16,049 nucleotides of DNA from Myxococcales bacterium. Its GTDB lineage: Bacteria; Myxococcota_A; UBA9042. The position numbers and the translations under genes are program-made. The notes below the pieces were generated by a model. The model saw only the letters and a program-made list of their open reading frames with translations. It had not been told where the DNA came from and did not search any database. Where the stretch lies: contig JBBISH010000135.1 of NCBI GenBank assembly GCA_037441385.1, positions 1 through 16,049 of the forward strand, in the 5' to 3' direction. Shown here in pieces: positions 7,943 to 15,557 of this stretch (position 1 is the stretch's first letter; each line of letters starts with the position of its first letter).

Positions 7943-8053
7943 CCCATCTCCCCGCTGGCGGGAGAGGTGGGGTCCCCGCGGTGAGCGAAGCGAACGAGTG
8001 GCGCCAGCGGCGCCGGGAGAGCGGGGCGGCCGCGTCAGCGGCGGGGTGAGGGC
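7943..8053 (-). repeat. REP-like palindromic unit B, inverted relative to unit A, with an internal extra hairpin
   Basis: CCCATCTCCCCGCTGGCGGGAGAGGTGGG hairpin at 7943-7971 and GGGGTGAGGGC end at 8043-8053 mirror unit A. Interior holds a CCCCGC...GCGGGG stem containing GAGCGAAGCGA. Confidence 0.55.
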
Positions 8054-8300
8054 TCATGCGGCCAACGTCATACAAATACTGTGTATTCTTGGCACTGTCG
8101 CTAACCGGTAAGGCAGGGAAACCAGCGGCCGCGTGCGCAGGAGAACGAGTCGTGCATGGCTTGCCTCGCGCCGCAAGCATAGAGGTTCAGTGCGAAACCG
8201 CAACGGGCCGACCGAGGGTCAGACCGGAGGCCACGCGCCGTGCGTCGGAGGCACTGGGGAGGCGTGGGGTCCCATTCGCCGCTCTTGACGCCAGCCGGGC

Positions 8301-8315
8301 CGGCGCGCACCTTGC
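8301..8315 (+). promoter_or_regulatory. Possible sigma54 -24/-12 promoter upstream of the OmpA-domain gene
   Basis: CGGCGCG-CACC-TTGC has the GG-N10-GC spacing, with two mismatches to TGGCACG-N4-TTGC. Confidence 0.25.
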
Positions 8316-8360
8316 CAACTGCACGGCGGCAGGCGACCTGCACTGACCATGGGGGAAACG

Positions 8361-8873
8361 ATGCGTAAGGAGTTCTTGTTCGCGGCTCTGGCCGCCGTCT
8401 TCGGTGGCTCCATCGGTCTGGCCAACGCCGACATCGCGGTCCCCAGGCCCACTTACCAGCTGGACGGCAATCGCTTGATTCTGCCTGGTCCGATCGTGTT
8501 CAAGACCGGAACGGCCGAATTGTCAAGCGAAAGCAATACGGTGCTGCAGTAAGTCGCCAGCTACATGGCCGACAAGACCTACATCTCGCTGCTGCGCATC
8601 GAGGGGCACAGCGACAACCAAGGCGACACGCAGCTGTTGACCGAGAAGCGGGCGCTGGCCGTGGCGAAAGCCTTGGCCGGCAAGGGAGTTGCCTGTGCGC
8701 GGCTGCTCCCGGTGGGCTTTGGCTCCAGCAAGCCGGTGGCCGACAACGCGACCGCAGACGGGCGCGCGAAGAATCGGCGCATCGAGGCCGTGAACGCGCA
8801 ACTGCGCGGGCGTCCGATTGGCGGTATGCCGGTGGATGGCGGGGGCAAAGTCGCCGGCGACCCGTGCAAGTAG
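8361..8873 (+). pseudogene. Secreted OmpA C-terminal (peptidoglycan-binding) domain protein with one in-frame TAA at 8550-8552
   Basis: ORFs 8349-8552 and 8565-8873 share a frame and join into signal peptide + IVFKTGTAELSSESNTVLQ*VASYM...RIEGHSDNQG...RALAVAKAL...GFGSSKPVADNATADGRAKNRRIE. Confidence 0.85.
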
Positions 8874-8974
8874 CCGCAGTGGGTCGATTCGGCCGCGTTT
8901 GCCCCCGCACCCTGGGCCGCGCCTGGCTCGCCGATCGCTGGTCGGAGCGGGCCAAGCGGCACACAATGTAGGGA

Positions 8975-9358
8975 CTATCCCCCCGAATCTGCAGCGCTGG
9001 CGTCTTGCGCCGGGTCCACCGCATCGGCTTGCGAGACGTCGGCCGCCGGCTCCACGGCGTCGCTTGGGCTGGCATCGGCCGCCGGTTCTACCGCGTCGGC
9101 TGCAGCATCCTGGGCGGGTTGGGCGTCAGCCGTGGCACTGGCATCGGCCGGGTTCGCCACGGCGTCGCTTGCGGCCGTGTCGCTGGCCGTGGCGTCGGTA
9201 GCTGTGGCGTCGGCCGGAGCGGCGGCCGCATCCGAGGCATCGGATTTGGCATCTGCCGTGTGGTCGTCGTCATGGCGCTTGTCGGCATCGCAGGCGGCCA
9301 GCGTCGCGGTGCAAGCCACGGCCAGTGCCGTCGCCCAGAGGGTCCTATACAACTTCAT
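8975..9358 (-). CDS. Small acidic Asp/Ala-rich lipoprotein (127 aa), low complexity
   Basis: AGGAG RBS before ATG 9358; signal MKLYRTLWATALAVACTATLAAC with lipobox LAAC; remainder is DA-rich repeats. Confidence 0.8.
   Translation of the reverse strand: MKLYRTLWATALAVACTATLAACDADKRHDDDHTADAKSDASDAAAAPADATATDATASDTAASDAVANPADASATADAQPAQDAAADAVEPAADASPSDAVEPAADVSQADAVDPAQDASAADSGG
8990..9097 (-). repeat. Three imperfect 36 bp (12 aa) tandem repeats within the lipoprotein
   Basis: DAVEPAADASPS / DAVEPAADVSQA / DAVDPAQDASAA. Confidence 0.75.
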
Positions 9359-9560
9359 GGTGCTCCTACATGGGACAGCTTTGCGCTGCCCTTGGTGTTT
9401 TGGGCCCAACCGCGGGCCCTGATCCACCGTATCAACCGGCCCGCGACGCCACCAAAAGCGGGCACGGCCGGCATGACATTTGCGTCATGCTGGGTGCCGG
9501 TCCCGCAGTCTTCGTTTGGCGTGACGCAACGCAGCACACCGTCGCGGGGCACCCCACTCA

Positions 9561-9692
9561 TACGAACCCCACCTGATTCGCGCCTGTACGGTTTCTGTGA
9601 CCCGTTTGGCAACTGGCGAGAATCAGGCGGGGACCCCGGTTCAGGCCCGAAGAATTGCCCGAGCTTTCGATCCGATTCGGACGGAACCGGTA
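9561..9692 (-). mobile_element. Double-hairpin repeat element (MITE-like), copy 2, 132 bp, flanked by TGA direct repeats on the minus strand
   Basis: TCA at 9558-9560 and 9693-9695; ends TAC...GTA; shares blocks GGCAATTCTTCG, CGGGGTCC, GATTCTCGC, GAAACCG and GAATCAGGTGGGGT with copy 1. Confidence 0.75.
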
Positions 9693-9824
9693 TCAAATGC
9701 AGCCGCCGCCAGAGAGCGGATCAATTGAGACCTTCTCCGCGCGTCCGAGCCCTTGAACCCGAAGTCCGTTCAGGGCTGGAGACACTGGATGGTTGGTAGT
9801 ACAAGCCCTTTTTGGAGTTGCGCG

Positions 9825-12800
9825 CTAGGTCGAGTGGCCGTCGCCGGCCGTCAGCTGCGGCACTTGCTCGGTAGCGGCTCGCAGCAACCCCAGCGCCCCG
9901 CTGAAGTCGAATTGCTGAATCTGCTGCTCGATGCCTTGGGCTGCCGAACCCAAGGCCGCGCGAAGCAAGACGCTGTTTTCGGCAAACAAAGTGCCCGCCC
10001 AGACGTCGTCGGCGACCAAGTAGGCCTCCAGCGTCCGCACCAGGTAGCCGGCAAGCGCCCAGTCGACGGCTTGCGGCGGCGTCGCTTCGGGCTCGGCAGG
10101 GGGCAAGGCGGTCCGCAGATCGGCCGCCAGCTCGGCCAAGGCCAGGTCCACGCTTGCGAATTGCTCTTCTAGATTTGGGGGTTCCTGGTCCGCGGCGCGC
10201 AGAGCCACCTCCAATTTCGCTGCGGCCTCGCGCAACGGCAAGGCGCCGATCGTCCCGGCGATGCCCTTGAGCGTGTGGGCCGTGCGCTGGGCGTCGGCAA
10301 ACTTTCGCGACTCGACTTGCCGACGGATCCGCAGCAGGTCGTCGCTGTGATCGCTCACGAATCGGTGCAAGAGCCGTTCGTAGGCCGGCCATTGGCCTTG
10401 GACCACGTGCAGCCCGGCGTCGCAATCCAGCCCGCGGACGGCCCGCAAACCTTGGCTGTGATCGGGGTGCACTTCGGGCTGGGGCAGCGCGCAGGCAAAC
10501 GGCCCGGTCGGCGTTGCCAGTCCCCGCAATTTGCGCGTCCAGCGGCGCACGGCCGCGAACATGCGATCGGGATCGACGGGCTTACCGATGAAGTCGTTCA
10601 TGCCCGCGTCCAGACATTGGCGCCGGTCCTCTTCGAACGCGTTGGCGGTCATGGCCAGGATCGGCGTTGCGGCGTAGCCGGGCAGGGCCCGCAGCTGCCG
10701 AGTGGCCTGCAAGCCGTCGACGACCGGCATCTGCAAGTCCATCAAGACCAGGTCGTACCGAGTCATTTGCGCGAGCTCTACGGCCGCGGCGCCGTCGCTG
10801 GCCAGATCCACCTTGTGCCCTGCCGACTCCAGCAGCTCCTTGGCCACTTCTTGATTGATCTCGTCGTCTTCGGCGACCAGGATATGCAGCGGCAGCGCGG
10901 TCGCTGGGATTTGCACGCTGGGACTCTGCGCCGACGCCTGGGGGATCAGGCACTTGGCAAAGGGCACCTCGAACCAGAACGAACTGCCCTGACCGGGCGT
11001 GCTCTGCATGTCCAAGTGGCCACCCATCAACTCGACCAGGCGGCGGCTGATGGCCAAACCCAAGCCAGTCCCGCCAAAGCGCCGCGACATCGACGCGTCC
11101 GCTTGTTCGAACGGCTGAAACAGCGACGCCCGCTGTTCCGCGTCGATCCCGATGCCTGTGTCGCTTACTTCGAACCGCAGGCGCAGCATCCCGTCGGCCG
11201 TCGCCGGTAACGGCCGCACTTTCAGCGCCACCGCGCCCTGCTGGGTGAACTTGACGGCGTTACCCCCCAGATTGATAAGGATTTGCCGCAGCCGCAGCGG
11301 ATCGCCGCGCAGCATGGCCGGTACACCCTCGTCCACGGACCGGGTGACGACCAGGCCCTTTTCGTCGGCGCGGGCGCGCAGGATATCGCACACGTCGCGG
11401 ACCACGGCCGCAAGCTCAAAGTCCACCGACTCCACCGCCATGCGGCCGGCCTCGATCTTGGACAGGTCCAAGATGCTATCGATGAGCGTGAGCAAATGCC
11501 GCGCAGAAACAGCAACTTTGTCAAGTCGGGTCGACTGCTCCGGCGTGGGCTGCTGCTGCCGCATCAAGTAGGTCAGGCCCAAGATAGCGTTCATGGGCGT
11601 GCGGATTTCGTGGCTCATGTTCGCCAAGAAGGCGCTTTTGGCCCGGTTGGCGTCTTCGGCGCGGGCGCGGGCCTCGGCCAACTCGGCGGTCCGCTGTTTG
11701 ACGAGCTCTTCCAGGTGCCGGCGATAGCTGTCCAACTCTTCGCCCATGCGTTTCTTTTCGGTGATGTCGTCCTTCAAGCCCAGGTAGTGGGTCACCTTGC
11801 CGTCGGTTGTGCGAATGGGCGAGACAAATGCAAATTCTGTGTAAATCTCGCCATTTTTGCGCCGATTGATGAACTGGCCCTTCCAGGCCTCGCCGCGGCC
11901 CAGCGCGTCCCACATCGAGGTGTACGTCTCTGGCGGCGTCAGCCCGGACCGCAAGAGTGCCGGCGTGGCCCCGATCAACTCGTCGCGGCCGTAGCCCGAA
12001 ACGCGGCACGTGGCGTCGTTGACATACTCGATGCGGCAGGCCAGGTCGGTGATTAGGATGCTCTCTGGGCTTTGCTCCACGGCCAGCGAGAGCTTGCGGA
12101 TCTCGGCATCGCGCCGCAGCCGGTCGCGAATGTCGCGGATGAGGACGCTGGCCAGCCTTTTGCCGTCCATTCCCTCAAAGACCGCAGACGACACCTCGGT
12201 TGGGATGCGGTGCCCATCGGCGTGAATGAAGTCGAGTTCGCCGCGCACATGGCCGTGCTGTGCCCGTTTCTTGAGTAGAGCTACCAAGTTGGCGTCGCTG
12301 GCGTCCAAGATGCCAGCGCGGCCGACGCGCAAGATGTCCTCTTCGCTGCGTCCCAGCAGCGCGCACGCCGCCGGGTTGACCAGCAGAATCCCGCCGCTGT
12401 CCTCGACCGGCGCGTCCGGGTCGGTGATCATGATGCCGTCGATCGAACTTTCCAGCAGTTGCCGCAACAAGGCGGCGTTGCTCGCCAGCGCTTGCTCGGT
12501 GCGGCGGCGTTCGGCTTCGCGGGCAAAACCATCCAAGGCAAAGCTGATGTCGGAAGCCATATCGCAAAGCAGGACACGGACTTCCTCGCCGAGCAGGTCG
12601 GGGGAGCGCATATACAGCGTGAGCGCGCCAACGGGTTCGCCGCCCCGGCGCAAGGGCAGGGCCGCTGACGAGCTCCAGCCAAATCGCTCGCCGCGCTTTT
12701 GCCACATGGCCGTGCGCGGGTCGCGGGCAAAATCATGGCACCAATAAGGCTGGCGCTCGCGGATGGCACTTCCCGTTGGCCCTTCACTGCTGGGGTCTCC

Positions 12801-13454
12801 TGGAATTGCAGTGATGTGAATGCCTTCCAGGTAGGCTTGCCCGGCTCCAGCGGCGGCCACCGGCCGCACGCGGCCTTCTGCGTCGACCATCCCCACCCAG
12901 GCCAAGTCGATGCCCTGGACTTGGACCGCGGCTTGACAGACCGCCGCAAACAGGTCGGCCTCGCAGGTCGAGCGCACGATGGCCTCGTTGCACATACTCA
13001 GGGCCGCGTAGTACTGGCCAAGGGTGGTCAGCTTGGCCTCGGTCCGGCGTTGCTCGGTCACGTCGCGCGCGATCACCACCGCGAGTGCCGTCCCGTCTGC
13101 AGCTATGAACTCTTGCGAGTGGACCTCGGCCGGGAAGGCGGTGCCGTCGCCCCGGCGAACCATCATTTCGGACCGCGCCTGGCCGTCTTCCTGCCGCGCT
13201 TCAAGGTGAAGTCGCAATTCCGGTGCATCGGAGTCGACCAAAGCGGCCCGGCCGGCGGCGCACAACTCCGCCTCGGTCATGCGCAACAGCTTGCACGCGG
13301 CGGGGTTGGCGGCCAAGATGCGACCGTCTCGCGTCGCCAACAGCCCCGCGTCGGCGCTGTGCTCAAAGAAGGCACGGTGGAAGAACTCGGCCGCACTGGA
13401 TTCCACAGACCACTCCACGACCAGACGCTGCTGGACCGATCGGGCGGCTGTCAT
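9825..13454 (-). CDS. Cytoplasmic hybrid sensor histidine kinase (PAS-GAF-PAS-PAS-HisKA-HATPase_c-REC-HPt)
   Basis: PAS motifs (ANPAAC...RDVTE; VNPAAC...RDIRD; YVNDA...DDITE); GAF (LAWVG...SSAALPL); H-box FLANMSHEIRTPMN; QILINLGGNAVKFT; DTGIG; GGTGLGL; REC (AEDD, LMDLQMP, MTAN, KP); HPt AHTLKG. No TM segment seen. Start uncertain. Confidence 0.93.
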   Translation of the reverse strand: MTAARSVQQRLVVEWSVESSAAEFFHRAFFEHSADAGLLATRDGRILAANPAACKLLRMTEAELCAAGRAALVDSDAPELRLHLEARQEDGQARSEMMVRRGDGTAFPAEVHSQEFIAADGTALAVVIARDVTEQRRTEAKLTTLGQYYAALSMCNEAIVRSTCEADLFAAVCQAAVQVQGIDLAWVGMVDAEGRVRPVAAAGAGQAYLEGIHITAIPGDPSSEGPTGSAIRERQPYWCHDFARDPRTAMWQKRGERFGWSSSAALPLRRGGEPVGALTLYMRSPDLLGEEVRVLLCDMASDISFALDGFAREAERRRTEQALASNAALLRQLLESSIDGIMITDPDAPVEDSGGILLVNPAACALLGRSEEDILRVGRAGILDASDANLVALLKKRAQHGHVRGELDFIHADGHRIPTEVSSAVFEGMDGKRLASVLIRDIRDRLRRDAEIRKLSLAVEQSPESILITDLACRIEYVNDATCRVSGYGRDELIGATPALLRSGLTPPETYTSMWDALGRGEAWKGQFINRRKNGEIYTEFAFVSPIRTTDGKVTHYLGLKDDITEKKRMGEELDSYRRHLEELVKQRTAELAEARARAEDANRAKSAFLANMSHEIRTPMNAILGLTYLMRQQQPTPEQSTRLDKVAVSARHLLTLIDSILDLSKIEAGRMAVESVDFELAAVVRDVCDILRARADEKGLVVTRSVDEGVPAMLRGDPLRLRQILINLGGNAVKFTQQGAVALKVRPLPATADGMLRLRFEVSDTGIGIDAEQRASLFQPFEQADASMSRRFGGTGLGLAISRRLVELMGGHLDMQSTPGQGSSFWFEVPFAKCLIPQASAQSPSVQIPATALPLHILVAEDDEINQEVAKELLESAGHKVDLASDGAAAVELAQMTRYDLVLMDLQMPVVDGLQATRQLRALPGYAATPILAMTANAFEEDRRQCLDAGMNDFIGKPVDPDRMFAAVRRWTRKLRGLATPTGPFACALPQPEVHPDHSQGLRAVRGLDCDAGLHVVQGQWPAYERLLHRFVSDHSDDLLRIRRQVESRKFADAQRTAHTLKGIAGTIGALPLREAAAKLEVALRAADQEPPNLEEQFASVDLALAELAADLRTALPPAEPEATPPQAVDWALAGYLVRTLEAYLVADDVWAGTLFAENSVLLRAALGSAAQGIEQQIQQFDFSGALGLLRAATEQVPQLTAGDGHST

Positions 13455-13667
13455 GTCCGCAGTGCCGCAGCGATGAACGCATTGCGCTCGCGGACCCACA
13501 GGCTCGCTCGGCCAGGCCGCTAGGTTCTTTGACTTTGCGCCTGCGGGCGCAGTTGGTCAAGCGCTCGGCACTGGGGCGGCTTGGGCCGGCAACTGCGCTG
13601 TGTGCCTGGACTCTTGTGCTCGCGCTGGCCGCCGGCTGGGCCTCGTGGGATCCGCGCCGGCGGGCCT

Positions 13668-15455
13668 TCACTCGCGGCAGACGTCCAGCACGCCGGCCTT
13701 GCAGGCTGTGGCCAATGCTGCGGCTGCCCCGGCCGGGGCCGGCGAAGCTCGTGCCAGCCGCACGCAGCCTTCGGCATCGCCCAGGCTGCAGGCGCGGAGG
13801 TACAGTGGGCCCGAAGTCTCGCCGCTGGCTGGGTTTTCGCTGTCCTCGTCCGCCTGCTTGCCGGCCAGAACGCACGAGCGAGCATCGCCGGCCTTGCAGC
13901 CGCTCTCGCGCATACTCAAGGCGCGCTTGGGATCGTCAGGCAGTTTGCGGCCGTAGCCCTCGCACAGGTCCGCGCCCATGCGGCAGGCGGGGCCGTTGCC
14001 CTGTTTGCACGCTGCCGCCAGCAGTTGCATGGCTTTCTTGGCCGTGGCGCTGCCCTGGCCGTCTTCACTTTGGGCCAGATCAAAGCACGCCTCGGCGTCG
14101 CCGCCATCGCAGGCCTTCTTGGCGGTGGACTTTAGCTTGGCCTCGGCGTCGGCGCTCAAGGGCGGCAGGTCCACGCCGCGGTGACGGACGTCGGCCAAGG
14201 CCGCGCACGCATCGGCCCGCTGGCGATCGCAAGCACCGCTCAGGATATCGGCCGCTTGCGCATGCAGCCCCAAGTCGCGCAGATGTCGGCCCAGGCGCAG
14301 GCAGGTGGCGTCGTCACCGCCGGCACAATTGACCCGCTCGCTCCGCAGCGCCGTGCGCTCGGCCGGCGACTGGCACGCAGGCTGGCGCAACTTGTGGTCT
14401 TTCTCGGCTTTGCACACCTCGCTCAGGCGTGCCGCGACCGCGTCGTCCACGGGCAGCGACGGGGTGACGATCCAGGCCGTCGCCAAACGCGGGCACGCGC
14501 TGGCATCGGCCTTGCACTGCTGCAGCCGCTGTGTCACCGCCGCCGACTCGTCGCGCGGTCCGCCCACGCCCGCCATCAGCAGGTCGTGGTGCTGGTTACA
14601 GGCCGACGCGCGGCCCTTCTGGCAGGCCCCCGCGCAGGTGGCGCGCGCGGCCACGGCCTTGGCGTCGTCGCCGGCGACCTTCATGCGGCCCTTGTCGTCG
14701 CGCAGGCGCAGCACGCACGCCGCACAGTCGCCTGCGTCGCATGCCTCTTTCCACCACGGGTCGGGGTCGCCACCCGCGCGCTTCTGTTCGGCGGCTTCTG
14801 CAGCGCAGGCCCGCGCCACCCCTTCCTTGCACTTGGCTTTCCGCGAGCCAGCATCACTCAAGTCGCCGTACTTCTTGCGCACCCAAGCGCAAGCGGCCTG
14901 GTCGCCGTTGCCCTTGCAGGCGGCCTCCAAGGCGGCGCCGCCTTCTTCTTCGGCCGTTGGACCCAGGTCGCCGTCCAGCATCGTAGCCAGGCGCGCGCAG
15001 TCCATGCCTTGCGCGCACGCCCGCGAGGCGACCCGCACCATCTTGACCCTGAGTTGCGCGGCCTCTTGTGGCGAAGCCGCCTTGGCTTGCTCGTCCAGCA
15101 GCGCTGCAACCACCGTGCAAGCGCCCTTGTCTTTGGCTTCGCAGTGCGCTTCGTAGTCGGCGGCATGGGCGCGCAGGTCGCGGCCAAAATGGGGCTGGGC
15201 CAGGAACTGCAGCACCGCGCCGCAGGCGCCAGCCCGGCCCGCCAAGCACGCGGCCTCGGCGGTGCACGCCAGCTGCACGGGATCGCCTTGGGGCGAGTGC
15301 TTCAAGGCGTCGAAGCACAGCGCGGCGTCATTTTGGCAAGCCGGCAAGCGATCCGCCGGGGTGCAGGGCGGCGCGGCCAAGGCCGTGGAAACCAACGCTA
15401 GGGTCGTCGTCGCGGCTGCGACGATGCCAGCCAGGTGAGCTCGCATGGGCAACAT
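13668..15455 (-). CDS. Secreted Cys-rich Sel1-like (Hcp-like) repeat protein
   Basis: GGAGG RBS before ATG 15455; signal peptide ending ALA; many AC-x-x-G-x-x-x-AC units (ACDGGDAEAC, ACKQGNGPAC, GCKAGDARSC, ACSLGDAEGC). Confidence 0.82.
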   Translation of the reverse strand: MLPMRAHLAGIVAAATTTLALVSTALAAPPCTPADRLPACQNDAALCFDALKHSPQGDPVQLACTAEAACLAGRAGACGAVLQFLAQPHFGRDLRAHAADYEAHCEAKDKGACTVVAALLDEQAKAASPQEAAQLRVKMVRVASRACAQGMDCARLATMLDGDLGPTAEEEGGAALEAACKGNGDQAACAWVRKKYGDLSDAGSRKAKCKEGVARACAAEAAEQKRAGGDPDPWWKEACDAGDCAACVLRLRDDKGRMKVAGDDAKAVAARATCAGACQKGRASACNQHHDLLMAGVGGPRDESAAVTQRLQQCKADASACPRLATAWIVTPSLPVDDAVAARLSEVCKAEKDHKLRQPACQSPAERTALRSERVNCAGGDDATCLRLGRHLRDLGLHAQAADILSGACDRQRADACAALADVRHRGVDLPPLSADAEAKLKSTAKKACDGGDAEACFDLAQSEDGQGSATAKKAMQLLAAACKQGNGPACRMGADLCEGYGRKLPDDPKRALSMRESGCKAGDARSCVLAGKQADEDSENPASGETSGPLYLRACSLGDAEGCVRLARASPAPAGAAAALATACKAGVLDVCRE

Positions 15456-15497
15456 GGGTCCTCCAACCGGCGCAGCCGCGCCGCACCAAAAATGCGT

Positions 15498-15542
15498 CGG
15501 CCCCCCGGGACCCTGCACAGGGCAGGGCGCCCCGGGAGGCCG
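15498..15542 (-). terminator. GC-rich stem-loop downstream of the OmpA gene (possible terminator or mRNA stabiliser)
   Basis: Minus strand CGGCCTCCCGGG-GC-GCCCTGC-loop-GCAGGGT-CCCGGGGGGCCG, followed a few bases later by TTTTT. Confidence 0.4.
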
Positions 15543-15557
15543 CGCAATTCGCTCTCG

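Larger units (their letters stand above)
7726..8117. mobile_element. Non-autonomous element bounded by 25 bp terminal inverted repeats (outer layer of a nested structure)
   Basis: 7726-7750 CCTGCCTTACCGGATGCCGACAGCG versus reverse complement of 8093-8117 CCTGCCTTACCGGTTAGCGACAGTG: 21/25 identical, first 13 perfect. No target duplication visible. Confidence 0.65.

Noticed and set aside
7444..8049. Pro-rich 201 aa ORF
   Set aside because: It is the antisense of the Gly-rich remnant running into the repeat nest; TTG start with no RBS.
8550..8552. Selenocysteine or pyrrolysine recoding
   Set aside because: The codon is TAA; Sec uses TGA and Pyl uses TAG.
8990..9097. 36 bp periodic repeats as a CRISPR array
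   Set aside because: They are in-frame coding tandem repeats without unique spacers; no cas genes in the window.
9748..9777. Hairpin AGCCCTTGAAC...GTTCAGGGCT as an intrinsic terminator for the hybrid kinase
   Set aside because: No U-tract follows on either strand; support is too weak.
13547..13598. Hairpin GCGCAGTTG...CAACTGCGC as an integron attC site
   Set aside because: Order is GTT...AAC rather than RYYYAAC...GTTRRRY, and there is no cassette array or integrase; probably an ordinary intergenic stem-loop.
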